Part shown: piece after piece, positions 26,992-40,700 of the stretch
Position numbering within the stretch: the first letter of the stretch is position 1
Layout of the letters: each line of letters opens with the position of its first letter
NCBI GenBank assembly: GCA_018608435.1
Contig: JABAZV010000006.1
Location: 31,692-95,691 of the forward strand
Direction of reading: 5' to 3'
DNA length: 64,000 nt
From: Patescibacteria group bacterium
GTDB taxonomy: Bacteria > Patescibacteriota > Minisyncoccia > Phycocordibacterales > UBA918
The notes under the pieces: model-generated
What the model saw: the letters and a program-made list of their open reading frames with translations, nothing else
What the model was told of the DNA's origin: nothing
Database searches by the model: none
Program-made: the position numbers and the translations under genes

Positions 26992-28542
26992 ATGAAAACC
27001 ATCCGTATTGTAGATAAGATAATAACAGCAACACTTTTTTCTGTGGCTATGTTTGCCTTTTCAGCAGCTTCTGTTATGGCGGCGGACTTGGCTCTTTCTC
27101 CCAGCACAGGGTCTTACTCAGTTGGACAAACTTTTACAGTAGCTGTGCAAGCAGTGCCTGGTGGAGATAATGTTAACGCAGTTGAAACTACTCTGGAATT
27201 TGATCCTAGCGTTCTTTCTGTTGTCAGTATAAATAAAGATGGCTCCGCCTTTTCCTTGTGGACTACTGAGCCAGCCTTTTCAAACAGCGCCGGCACCATC
27301 ACTCTAGGTGGCGGAAGTCCGACGCCTTTTACCGCCACTTCCAAGATACTTAATGTTACGTTTAGAACAACAGGAGAAGGAGTTGGCTCGGTAACCTTTA
27401 GTGGTTCTTCAGTTTTGGCAGCTGATGGTAGAGGTACCGACGTTTATAAAAATTCTACCAATGGTACTTATACTATTGCTGTAGCCACAACTCCTACGCC
27501 AGAGCCTACTCCTACGCCTGTGTCTACACCTGAACCAGTGTCCCAAACACCGACTGAAGCAGCAGAGGAAGATGATGAAGAAGCTATTATTTTTGGCGAC
27601 CCGCCACGACCGCCTGAAGTTGGTTCTCAAACTTTTCTTGATCCAAATATTTGGTACGGTGACATAAACGGTCTTTTTACTTGGTCGCTTCCGTTTGATG
27701 TTAACGTCGTGGCTGTAGAAATTTCTGATGACCCAGAAAATAAACCTGAAGAAAACGAAGATGCAATCATTGATCCACCAGTTGAAGAGTTTATAATTAG
27801 CGAAGATAATGCCTCAGATGGAGTGCAATACGTTAGTGTAAACTTCAAAAACCAAGTTGGTTGGGGTGCGCCTACAAACAGGAAATTGCAGATCGACACT
27901 ACTTCGCCAGAGCCATTTGCAATTAATGTCCAAGCTGGAACTTCTCCAGATTCATTCCCTTTGCTTAAATTTGCTGCTGAAGATAAAACTTCTGGAATCG
28001 AATACTACGATATGACTGTGGCGGACAAAGAACCTGTCCGTATTACTCCTGACGAAGCAAAGCTTGGCTATTTACTTAAAGATCTTGAGGACGGTACGTA
28101 CACTGTAAAAGTGGTTGCTTCAGACATGGCCGGTAATACTCGTGAAAGTAGTGTTGCTGTATTGATCACTGCTGGTTGGGTGAAACCGGTTGAAGTCATT
28201 GATGAAACTTCTTTCTGGGACTACTTAACTTTCGTTAATCTTCTGATCTTCTTCTTAATCGTTACTATTATTCTACTAATGGTTTACGTCTGGTACTTGC
28301 TTAAGAGCACAAAAGAAAAAGATGAAAAATTGCGCCGAGAAACACGTGAAATTCAAGATCAAATGGAAAAGATTTTCTCTGCTCTCCGTGATGAAATTTA
28401 CGATCAAATCAACACCATAACAAAGCGAAAGCGGTTGTCAGCAAAAGAAAAAGAAACTGTAGCAGCTCTTACACAAGCACTAGAAGTATCCGAAACTCTG
28501 ATTGAAAAAGAGATCAATGATGTCAAAGCCATTCTGAAATAA
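26992..28542 (+). CDS. Membrane-anchored protein with an N-terminal cohesin-like domain, a Pro/Thr/Glu linker, a second beta domain, a single TM and a cytoplasmic coiled-coil tail
   Basis: It has a signal peptide. GQTFTVAVQAVPGGDNVNAVETTLEFDPSVLSVVSINKDG...GTITLGGG...ILNVTFRTTG...GSVTFSG follows the cohesin consensus (..fdl.YDp.vLe.vsv..). The TM is FVNLLIFFLIVTIILLMVYVWYLL. A C-terminal coiled coil follows. Confidence 0.75.
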   Translation: MKTIRIVDKIITATLFSVAMFAFSAASVMAADLALSPSTGSYSVGQTFTVAVQAVPGGDNVNAVETTLEFDPSVLSVVSINKDGSAFSLWTTEPAFSNSAGTITLGGGSPTPFTATSKILNVTFRTTGEGVGSVTFSGSSVLAADGRGTDVYKNSTNGTYTIAVATTPTPEPTPTPVSTPEPVSQTPTEAAEEDDEEAIIFGDPPRPPEVGSQTFLDPNIWYGDINGLFTWSLPFDVNVVAVEISDDPENKPEENEDAIIDPPVEEFIISEDNASDGVQYVSVNFKNQVGWGAPTNRKLQIDTTSPEPFAINVQAGTSPDSFPLLKFAAEDKTSGIEYYDMTVADKEPVRITPDEAKLGYLLKDLEDGTYTVKVVASDMAGNTRESSVAVLITAGWVKPVEVIDETSFWDYLTFVNLLIFFLIVTIILLMVYVWYLLKSTKEKDEKLRRETREIQDQMEKIFSALRDEIYDQINTITKRKRLSAKEKETVAALTQALEVSETLIEKEINDVKAILK

Positions 28543-28651
28543 ACAAACATACAATGAACACTCTAGCCAAAGTATCCAAATTAACTGATAATATATTGTA
28601 GCTCTATAAATAAGGGTATAACCAAAAAACCAATCCCCAAAAAAGTTAAAT

Positions 28652-28692
28652 ACCGCACATCCAAATCGTTGGATGTGCGGTATACTTATAAT
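28652..28692 (+). promoter_or_regulatory. Perfect 13-bp stem hairpin (ACCGCACATCCAA-ATCG-TTGGATGTGCGGT) abutting a TATAAT box upstream of the 5599-aa gene; putative operator or attenuator
   Basis: I read this in the sequence. TATAAT lies at 28687..28692, 6 nt after the hairpin. The GTG start of the giant ORF is at 28737. Confidence 0.35.
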
Positions 28693-28736
28693 TGCCCACA
28701 CATCTATGTCGGTGATATAGAAAGGGCACTTGTTTA

Positions 28737-31700
28737 GTGAAAAAAAATAAGCCTCACAACTCAAGCGAAAATAAAAATAAGAGCATTTTTAAAGCACCAT
28801 TCGGGATTTTGCAGCTTATTAATGGTTTTAAATTGTCATTAAAATTTACTCTAGCTGTCGCTGTTGTATTTAGTTTGCTTTTACTGCAACCGCCTGATGT
28901 TCAATCAAAACGTTCGACAAACATTAGCTTTGGTTCAGATCAGACCATCAATATTTTTCCGTCACAAGTTGAAACGACAGATTGGGCTGGACTTAACAAC
29001 GTTCTTATTCAGGATTTGCCGAACGATGCTCTGTACCAAAACTTTGGTGCTCAGTCATCAGCTTATGTTCCTTTGGCCGATTTGTTCGTTCCACAAAATG
29101 GCGAGCCTGAATTGATCAATAGTCAAGTACAGCCGCAAGCAGACAGTTCATCTTCAGACGGTAGTCAGCCTGCTTTGCCAAATGGAACTTCTGCTGCTGA
29201 CGCTGCCGGTTTTGTCGAGAATGATGCTATAAGTCTTTCTGGTGATCAGTCGACATCAACTCAGTCTGAAGAAGTGTCAAATGAAATTTCTGATAATCCT
29301 GTAACAGAAAGTGATTCGTCAAATGCTGATGAGACAGTTGTTGCTGAACCTTTGCTCGATGATGTTCCTGAAAAAGATGATGGTTTTTCTGTTCAGTCGG
29401 AACCAGAATCTGATGAAAGTACTGCTGCTGATGTTTCTGAAATAGAAGAGGAGATTGTTGTCGAAAGCGAAGTGGAAGTTGTTGCTGAACCTGTTGAAGA
29501 TTCGACGGCTGAAACTGAATCTTCAGAACCTGAACCTTCAGCTGAGCCAGAAGAAGCGATTTCACTGATTGATATTTTGCACCCAAAGTACGGAGTTTTT
29601 TCTGTAACTTCACAACTCTTTCCACTTATGCAGCTGTCGTTTGTTAGTACCACGGAACCGGTTTTAGAAGAATCTACTCCCCTTGAAACTGATTCAGGAA
29701 ATATTGTTGATGTAGAAGAAGATCAACCACTTCCTGAAGAAGCAGCTCCTGAAGAAACATTTTCATCATCAATTGCAAACGAAGGAGTTGTAGAAGAGAT
29801 TGATCCTCTGTCGCTTTCTGATGAAGTAGTAGAGATTGATACGACAACTTCTACATCTGAAATTTTGAATACTGAGTCATCTTTAAACACAAAAAGTATA
29901 GAGTCTCCAGTGGCCGACGATACTTCTTCAGCTTTGCAAGATTCTCCTGTGACATCTAATTCTTCATTTTTACATGAGATTACTTTGTCTAACTTCGATA
30001 CAGCCCCGCTCGATCCTGGGCAGTTTGTCCAAGGTATGCAGCTTAGACTTTCACTTGCAGCCCAGCTTAATGATCCTGTTGCTGACGGCGAACAAGCACC
30101 ATACATAGAAATATTATTTGGGCAAGGTGAATCGCTTGAAACTGTCGGTATTATTTTGCTTGAAGATGAAGTGTCAAATGCACTTAATGGTGGCTATTTC
30201 CTCTTCGCTTTACCTGAACTTTATGACATTGACAATCTCGCCAGCACCACGGTTTCTGTGCGTTACATGGGAGAGGCTGATTTGCTTGATGGAATGTTCC
30301 TTGATGCTGCTTGGCTCGAGCTTGATACGAAAATTATTACAAAAGAAGACCTTGAAGCTCGAGGTAATGCCGCAGCGATTAAGAAACTTGATTTGCCAAC
30401 AGCTAGTACGCTTATAAGCGATCAGGTTAATTTCCGTCGCGACGAAACCCCAGTCTTCAACTTGCGCTATAACTCAAAAAGAAACACTGTTCTGCGTGGT
30501 TTGCGTGACCTTTTCGGAAGAGATTTAGTGGAAGTTGAATCGGCTCTCGTTAAGCACCGTGGGACAGGTTTGTTAGGGATCACACCAGAGATTAATATTA
30601 CAAATGATGGTTTGCTTACCGTATCAATTAATGAAAAAGATAGGAAAAAACTTCGTCCCGGTCAGTATACGGTTGAGATAACATACAAAGAAGGAGGCGA
30701 GACTATCATTGATACTTTTGATTTCCAGTGGGGAATATTAACTACTAATCCCAATAAGTCAGAATATGAAGTAGGTGAGACAGCACAGATTTCCGTTGGT
30801 GTTTTGACTCCTACTGGACACACTGTTTGTGATGCAAATCTAGACCTGTACGTCACCGATCCTGAAGGATTTGTGTCTCGCTACCTAGTCGATCCGTCAG
30901 GTTTATGTGATGGAAATAATGTTATTGACGTGCCTGATTTCAGCACTTTTGTTCCAGTGACAACTGCAGGTGTGTATGAGCTGTATTTGGAGAGACTGGA
31001 CGATGATGGTTCTGTTCTTGGTTTTACTACAGACACTTTCAATGCTGTGCCTCTACAACAAACAATCAGTATTGAACGTACTGGGCCAACTCGTATTTAC
31101 CCACTTGCTCCTTACACAATGAGCTTGAAGGTTGATTCGGCTGGTGATTTTGATGGAACTTTGACCGAGTATGTTCCAGCTTCTTTTGTGGTTTTTGATA
31201 CTGACGCTAGTGTAGAGCGTGAAGGTGAGTGGCTTAAATTAGTTTGGGATTTATCTGTTTCGGCTAGTGGTACGGAAACCATTAGCTATCAGTTTGATGC
31301 TCCGGATATTTCTCCCTACCTCTTTACTTTAGGGCCAGCGCGGCTTGATTCTAACGACGCATCTACAGCTTCAAGCACCGAAAAAACGGCTAGAAATAAC
31401 GTTTTCATTGAACATCGCCGTTGGCAGATCGCGTCTGACGCGGTTGGGAAGATGTTGCTCTTCTGGGATGACGGTGCTGCTATTCCGGCAGGCTGGGTTT
31501 GTGTTTCTTGTGCACCGGCTGATCCTTTTTATCAAAGGTTTATTATGGGTAGCTCAACTTACAACTCTACTGGTGGTGCGGCTACTCATACTCATACTAC
31601 TAGCGGATCCGTTCTGGCGTCACTTTTATCTACGACAGAGAGTGGGTCAGGTACCATAGCGCCAGTGAGCCATACTCACACCTACACTCCGACTATCAGT

Positions 31701-34700
31701 GGTGAATCAAATCTTCCGCCTTATCGTCAGTTACGCGTAATCCGCTACGACACCGCGGCAGGAGAGCCTGCAACGATTCCGGCTGGAGCGATTGGTATAT
31801 TTGATGTTGCGTCCTCATCACTTCCAGCTAATTGGAATCGTTACGGTGCGCAAGATGGCAGTTTCATTTACGGTGAAGACACCCCTGCTACCACAGGTGG
31901 TACAACTACTCACACTCATGGTATTTCTGGAACAACCGGCGCTTCAGCTGGAGCTGGCACGCGTGTTCGTGGTGGCGGAACACAGGTCTCGGGTGCTGGC
32001 AATACTCATACTCACACTGTTACTGCTAGTAGCGACTCTCACAGCAATGAGCCACCTTACATAACTGTCTTATTGGCGGAGCTTTCTGTCGATTCTGCGC
32101 CAACTAATGGACTAATTGCAATGTGGGACGAAGATATTGATGATGGCTGGTTAAGCTTGTCAGCCGACAGCGAAGCATTCAGCAACCGTTTTATTAAACC
32201 AACTACAACTTACGGTACGACCGGTGGAGGTGAAACTCATGATCATGCCGACGTTACTGGTATTACTTCAAGTGCTCCAAGCGCAACTCAAAATGCACGT
32301 TCTGGTTCTTCTGGTTCTGATGGCACGCACACTCACTCAGTAAGCGTTACCGGATTCTCAACTGAGTCAAACTTGCCGCCTTATGTAACTGTTGTCTTTG
32401 GCAAGCGACAGGGAACTAGTCCGGTTTACGAACAGCTTTCTTCTCGTTGGTACGCTAATAATGAATCAGCCCAAACACCGACCGAACCATGGCCAAACGA
32501 CGCTGGAGTAATTGATTTGGCAGAAGATGAGCCGATTACTGCTACCAGCTCACCGGTGAAAAATGGTGAAGAAGTTCGTTTGCGAATTAATGTTGGTGTT
32601 ACAAATGCTACTTCTACTGCAGGAGAGGAATTCCAGCTCCAATACACTGCGGCCAATATTTGTACAGACGGATCTGCGGTGTGGAGTGATGTTGGTGATG
32701 TAGCGTCTAGCACAGCTTTTTGGCGCGGTTATAATAATGTCAGTATTACCGACCATGGAACTCTCTCTTCTACGCTCCTTGCTTCATCAACCGTCGAGGC
32801 TACTTACGAAGAAAACGGCTACTCCACTACCACACCCAATGATATTAGTGTAGGTGAGTATGGCGAGTGGGATTTTGTCTTGCAACACAACGGTGCCTTA
32901 GCTGGCACAAATTACTGTTTCCGAATGGTTGAGAAAGCCGGTGCGACTTTCCAGAGCTACACGCAGTACCCACAAATTTACACCAACGAGTCACCAAACC
33001 AGCCAACCCTAAGTAAGTTATTTGATGCTGAAAAAACAGCTTCTACCTCTCCTTGGTTTTATTTCGTTGCCAGTGACACTGAAGGGGAAAACATTCATTA
33101 CGAAATAGAAATAGCTGACAATTATGCTTTCGCTTCACCAGCTGTTAGCAAAGACACCATTTCCAATTCTTCCCAATTTGAAAACCAACTTCTAATCTCT
33201 GATAAAGCTCCTTTCCGTCAGGGTGAATTAATGAAGTTTACTCCCAGTGCAAGCTTCACAAATGGCACGACTTATTATTGGCACGTGCGCGCTCGAGATC
33301 CTGAGGGGTCAGACGATTGGAGTGAGTGGTCAAGTATCAATAGCTTTACTATTGATACTGCGCTGACAGCTTCTGCTTGGTTCCAAACGGAAACAGAACA
33401 ATTTGACGAAAACATTCTCGACAGGGTCGACACCGCTACCGATCAGGCTGACATTGCGGCTGGTTCTACCACTGCCGCCATGACAGGAGGTTTGATAGAT
33501 TTCACCGATGGTGAAATGGGAACAGCTTGGGATAGTCTGACATTTAACGAAACCGACGGCAGTGGCGTACTCTTGTATCAAATCGAGTATTTGGATAATA
33601 GCGACACATGGACGCTGATTCCAGATGTCGACTTGCCAGGAAACAGTACGGGCTTTAACACTTCACCGGTAAACTTATTATCACTTGATGTTGAGACTTA
33701 TAATTCCATTCGAGTGGTGGCTGATTTTAGTGCTAATACTGGTACACCAAGTTTGCAAGACTGGACAATAAACTGGGGTTATCGAGTAGATACTCCGATG
33801 ATCGCGAGTCTTTTTGCTAACGAACAAACAGGCACGACAACACCGACATTAGAATTTACTACGACCGATCCACAGAACGACAGTCTGACTTATCAGCTGC
33901 AGTGGTCACTCACACCTGATTTTGCCGCTTCAACAACGCGTACATCTGATGCTGATGCTGGGTTTACAAATATCAACACCGGCGCTGATCTCGATCCGTT
34001 TAACTCTGGCGATACAATTCAATTTACCGTGCAAGCAGCCGATGCTCTGACTGGTTCAACCACTTACTGGTGGCGAGTGCGGGCAAAAGACACTACAGGG
34101 GATGATGCTTATTCCTTCTGGACTGACGCTCAGAGCTTTACTGTAATTCCTGGGACTGAAGTTTCTACTTGGTTCCAAACATCAGCTGATCAATTTAGTA
34201 GTAATATTCTCTCTGGTACTACACCAATTGGTATTGGTGCTGTAACAGTAGCGACTACAGCCGTAGAAGCGATGATTGTTTACGGAGAAGGTACGCTTAC
34301 GTCACCACGTTATCGTCAGTGGGATGGTACAAATCTTGGCGCTGAAGATTCAATGCAAGATATTGACTCACCGTTAAAGTGGGCTGTTGTGCGGGCTGCT
34401 CCAACGCGTGAAGAATATGTCGCAGCAACAGTCGGGACTGATGCCGACGTGAACGCTCAAGTATTTTCGACTGGTAGTTGGGAGAATTTACAGGAAATGA
34501 CTATCAGTGTCGGTAACATTAACGCTCGTGGTTTTGATGTGGCATACGAAACGCTCTCGGGTGACGCTCTGGTTGTGTACTGTGACGGCGACGCTGACCC
34601 TAGCTATTACGTTTGGAACGGAACTAGTTGGACTAGCGGCGGAACTATAAATCTTGCTAGTATAAATAACTGCGAATGGATAAAACTCGCTGCTGATCCT

Positions 34701-37700
34701 GTGTCTGACGAGATTGTTCTGATGGCGCGTGATAGTGATGGTACTGCTGCTGCTTCTTACGAACTGCAGGTGTGGAACGGTACGGCTTGGGGAAACTCTT
34801 CTACTCAAGGCGGTGCGCGTAACACAGCTTACGAAACAATGGCTTTAAAATATGAAGAAAGCGGTGGTCAACTACTTTCGGTTTCAGGTGACGGTAATCC
34901 AGCTCGGTTTGAATACAACTCTTGGAACGGTACTGCTTGGGCCGGAAACGCCAATGATAGTACGATCGCGGATAATATAATTTGGGCAGAACTAACACGC
35001 GACGAAGGAACAGACAACATGACAATGTGTTATGTAGACGAATCAGTTGCAATTGGTGCAATCAATTGGACTGGTGCAGCATGGAGCGGACAAATTGACC
35101 TAGATGCAACTGGAAATGCAATAGATGACAAAGCGGTTTCTTGTGTGTACGAATCAACGACTGGTCGCGACGGTAATCTTATGACTGTCTACAGTGACGC
35201 AACCAACTCTCGCTACCGTGTGTGGAATGGAGTGACATGGTCAGCGGAAGCTTCTGTAAGCACGATCACTGATGTGTCGACTATTCAAACAATCCGCACG
35301 GGAATTGGTGGTATTCTTGGTCTTTTCTACGACGATGTAAACGACGCTATTTCTTTCTCAGACTGGAACGGCAGTGCATGGAGCGCGGAGCAGACAGTTG
35401 AAACAAACGGCTCAGTCGATACGGTTCCTTACGGACAGCCGTTCTTCATGGCGCCCAGAAACCCAGGTGGCGAAGGAACGGTGGTAGTTAGTCCAGCACT
35501 TAATTTTGACGACGGCAACGGACCGTACTGGAAAACGTTCTCGTGGAATGATGTGCAGCCAGGTACGAGCGAGATTCTGTATCACTTGCAATACCAGACT
35601 GCGACTGGTTCATGGGCATTTATCCCTGACGTAGATTTACCTGATAATGTTGCAGGCACATCAACCGGACCTTATGATTTATCTCTCTTAAACACCGGTA
35701 TCTACGATACGATCAGGCCGTATGCTGAGCTTACTTGTGACGGTTCTGGCAATTGTCCAGAGTTGCAAGATTGGAAAGTTGAATGGGCTGGCGGAATTGT
35801 TATTTCGGGAACAGCTGCACTCTACGACGAAACTACGGCTCTAAATAGCGGTACAGTGGCAGTGGCTGTAAACGGAGTATTGCAAGTTGGTAAAACAGCT
35901 AACATTAGTGCAGGCGCATGGAGCATTACTAACGTAACCACTTTCCCTAGTGATGTTGTTACGGTGTTTATAACTGGTGCGGCTGACTCCGGCGAAGCTG
36001 TTGCTGTTTCGCGCTACGATGGGCAAGGCGACATGAGCGGTATGGACTTGTTTGAAAGGCACCTTACGCTTGGTTCAAACGACGCGACCACTACGCCACT
36101 TACCAATGCTGATATTGGGCTGTATGACTTTACTAATACTGAAGACATTTTCTTCGATCTCTCTGGCGCGACTCTTACTATGTGTGCCGATGCTGGTTGT
36201 AGCGATGCTGAATTATACGTTCAAGCTGGTACATATTACGAGCCAGCCGGTGCTTTTGTTGCGCATGATTTTGAAAATAACGGCTACTTCACAGCCGGCG
36301 CATACACCCATGAGATAAATGGCTCTTGGGACAATAACGCCACTACGACAATGACAGGTTCGACAGTCGTATTCGCTGCGACTAGCACAACCGAAAGTGT
36401 AGATAATACAGGTGCTGTCACTCCAACTTTTGACAATATAAGATTTGGTACAACTACAGGTAACGGAACATGGACACTTGAAAGCGAGCTTGATGTTAAT
36501 GGCGACCTGATCGTTGATAACGGTACCTTAGCGCGCGGCACAACCAGCATGTTAGTGGCCGGTGATTTGACGACTGGAACCAGTGGTTTCTGGAGCGGAA
36601 TCGGCACTACTACATTTGACGGCGCAGATGCAGCCAACTGGAGTGATCAGAACGCCGTCATACAAAACGTTGGTAATGTAGTGGTTGACGGTACAAACAA
36701 AGTAGTTATCTTGGCCGGTGACGCTGCGGCAGAATCAATCATTATCGGAGCCGATGACACGCTTGATGTTTCGGTTTCAAACTATGATCTTACTGTTTAT
36801 GGCGATTGGACTAATCAAAACAACTTCCTTGCTCGCGCCGGAACAGTTTTCTTTGCAGCAACTTCAAGCGGACAAGCAATCACAAGCGCTGGCGACGCTT
36901 TCTATGATCTTTCATTTGTAGGAATTAATGGCGGCTGGTCGTTTATAGACACGGCACTCTTGGTGAATAATGATTTTGCCGTAGCGACAGGAACAGTAAC
37001 TTTGCCGACAGCTACAACGACCATCGACGGCTCATTTGATTCTACTGGTGGTAGCTTCGCGCATAACAACGGCACGCTTCTGTTTACGTCGGATGCCGCT
37101 GAAAACATCACTCTCGACGGAGATGACTTTACGAATGTTACGAATAATCTAATTTTTGATGGGGCTGGCACATGGAACATGCTCGATGTTAATGCGACTT
37201 CTACTGGAAATGTAACAGTGAGTCAGGGAACAGTTAATTTCCCATCTGGTACCTTAGCGATTGGTGGATCACTCACTGATGATGGCGGCACTTTTGTTGG
37301 CGGCACAGGTACCGCGCGTTTCTATAGCGCTGGAACTGAGACGGTAACTACCGGAGGGTCGAGCTTCAATAATCTTACTTTCGACGGCGCTGGTGATTGG
37401 TCTTTTGTCGACACTAACTCGACTATTGCTGGCGATTTGCTCGTACTGCAAGGAACGACCACTTTCCCAACCGGCAATCTCTTGATTGGTGGTTCTTACC
37501 AAAATGCAGCAACTGTTGATGCTAACTCGGGAACAGTTACTTTTGATTCAGCTGACACAGGAGAAGCTATCGACTTCGGAAACTCTGCTCTTTACGATGT
37601 TTCCTTCACTAGTGTAAGTGGCGGCTGGACGATTACCGCTGTAGCTACGACTACTAATAACTTCAGTCTCGTTGCTGGCTCTGATTTCACTCTCGACAGC

Positions 37701-40700
37701 GGGCAAATTTTGTCGGTCGGTGCTAATTTCACCAATAGTATCGGCGGAGCTTCTACCACTTGGACCGGTTCGACGCTTTCGCTTGAAAATGGCGCTTACA
37801 GTATAAATACAAAAACAGACAACGGTGATGTTTACGAAACGTTACGCATCTCTGCAACAGCCGACGTTAAAATGTGGAATTCGAGCGCCGCTACTTATAA
37901 TGTTTTGACTGGCGGTTCGCTTTACTCTCAAGATCATACAGAAGTAGATGGAGAGCTCTACATCTTTGGTGCTTACGAAAATATTGGCGGTAATGAATAC
38001 TGGAGTTACGCTACTGATTTTGATGGAGCTGATTTGATTGCCTCAAGTAGCGAGCGGCAAGCACAAGTATATTTTGCGTCAGGCGGAAGTGCTTTGCTTA
38101 CAAACTCTTCGTTTGAAATGCTTGGAGACTCAACTGCTTCTTCTACTGTTCAGAATCAAGGTTCAGGTACATACGGTGTGACTGTAGAAAGCGGAACGAC
38201 AACAGCACAATATTATGAATTCAATAATCTCGGCGGCAGTGGCCTTAGCTTGCTCGACAGCTCAAATGTAATTTCGCTTCGAGACGGTTACTTTGAAGTG
38301 ACTGGTGTTGCTGGCACAGCTCTCACTCTTGCTTCGAGCACAATCGACGCAAATCCAGCGAAGCAAATTTACAACGTTACCTTTGCAACCAGCTCAGCTA
38401 TTTTTGCAAATAACGTTACACAATCTGGAGCAGCGCCGACTTCATACTGGTGGTTCCGCGACGGCTTCGGTAATCTTTACGGTGAAGCAAAAGACAACGA
38501 CTCTGGTGATCCTGGTTCTGTTCGGTTTGATGACAGTTCGCTCGTTCTTACTATTGCCGGAACCGTGTATACCGACGCTGGTACAACAGAGCTTACTGGT
38601 GGCACTTGCGACGGCGCTACTCCAGTAGTGCGAATAATGGTCGACGACGTTGAAGCGGCCAGGGTTTCGTGTAGCGCCGCCGACGGCAGCTACTCAGCAG
38701 CAGGAATAATTGTCATTGGCGATCCGACTATTACCGTTTACCTCGACAATGCTTCTGGCGGAGAGCAGGGAAGCGCGATCACTCGTACACCCACAGCAGA
38801 CATTGCCGATATGGATATTTATGCTAATCGCGTGATTGTGCGCAATGAAGATGCGGCCGCTCTTACAATTGAAAACTTGGCGGTCCTCGACAGTTCTGAC
38901 GATGCGGATCTCAACTACAGCGCAGCAACTTCAACTAGTGGCGACACGCTAAGTGTGGCTTCTGGTAACGAGTTGTTTGTCTGGGCGTCTTCCACCTTTA
39001 CTCCAAGTGGAGCGGTGACGCTTGCTGGCGAAGCGGCTGCTAATAGTTACGACGGCACTTTGTACTTAGCTGGCGACGCCACCTTTAATGCATACTCCAC
39101 TTCGACTGTAACAATTGGTGGACGGCTCGAGCTCGAGTCTGGTGCAGTCTTCAGTGCCGCTAGCACAACGGTCTTGATGAATGCAACCACAACTGGTAAG
39201 AGTATTACAGCGGTAGAAGAAGTTTCGTTTAACGAACTCGTCTTCGACGGTGTCGGTGGAGGCTGGAACTTGAGCGCCGACATTCGCGTGGCTGGAGATA
39301 TGACTATTACAAACGGCACCGTTACAGGAACTGGCGACATTTACATGGAAGCGGGTGGTTTGACTGGTAACGGAACATTGTCGCTCGGCGGCGGAACAAC
39401 TACGCTTGCAACCACCAACTCACTTGGCGGAAGTACAGCTTGGACTTTCTTTGACCTTACTTTAGGCGACGCAATTGCCGTTGGTACAACAACTCCATTG
39501 TTTACCAGTACCACCACCGTGTCAGGAAAACTGACTATTTCTGCTGCTCATTATCTAGATGCAGGTAATACGGCATGGGACTTGGCAGGTTCAGGAACAG
39601 TGTTTGAGGAGAGTGGAACTTTCTTGGAAGACACGAGTACGATTCGTTACAGCGGCGCGAATGCTGACGTACTCGACGCACAATACTATAATCTGACCTT
39701 AGACGCGGGCGCCGGATCAGCTACTTATACAGCGGTAACAGCTGGGCTGATTGTCGACAACGACTTAGTGATTGGTGGCACAGCCAACACGACTTTTGAT
39801 CTTAATGCTAATAACGTTTGGTTCGATGTAAACGCCGATGTGTTTGTGGGCAGCAACGGCACGCTTTCAGCTAGTGCTGGGAACAACTTCACGATTGCTG
39901 GAAGTTATGATAATGACGGCACTTTCACAGCTAATGGCGGAACACTAACTTTTGACGGAGCTGGAACAATCGACATCGCTGCTGGCACTAGCGACTTTAA
40001 TAATCTTGAAGTGATAGCAACAGGTGATGTAACTTTCTCTGAAAGTGCAACTTCTTCTGATCTTTTTACTCTCACTGCGGCCAATTCCTTTACTCTTGCA
40101 AGTGGTGAAACACTGGCTGTCGGCGGAGCGTTCTACTCGGCGCTGGCTGACGGAGATACGACTTGGACCGGCACAACTCTTCGACTTTATGGTGGCAATA
40201 ATTACAGCCTCGGTGCAGCTACTTCGTCTGATTCATACGCTACGCTCGACATCGACGACACAACGCAAATTCGTATGTGGAACTCAGACGCATTAGTTTA
40301 CGATGTTGCTCCAACCGCTTCACTTTATTCTCAAGATCACGCTGGTGTCGACGGCGACTTGTATATCTGGGGCGATTACAACCAAACTTCTGCCAATGAT
40401 TACTGGAGCTTCGCCACTGATTTTGACGGTACAGCACTTGGCTTAGCAACACGTAAAGTTGATGTTTACATCAATAGTGGTTCAAGCGTCACTTACACCA
40501 ATGGTTCGCTCTCAGTGATCGGAGATTCGGCTGCTTCAACTACAATTCAAAATCAAGGTTCAGGAACTTACAGTCTTACTATTGGCGGTACTGCAACTAC
40601 TGAGTTTAATTATTACGAAATACGCGACATTGATATAGTTGGTCTTTTGCTCACAGGCACACCGACAATTACTTCGCTTTCGTACGGTGATATCGAAGTT

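Noticed and set aside
29227-30106. Several 85-132-aa antisense ORFs inside the 5' acidic region of the giant gene (29227..29625, 29393..29653, 29723..30106), and many similar antisense ORFs elsewhere in both giant genes
   Set aside because: These are low-complexity shadow frames of a Glu/Asp/Ser-rich coding region. The sense ORF is continuous for 16.8 kb.
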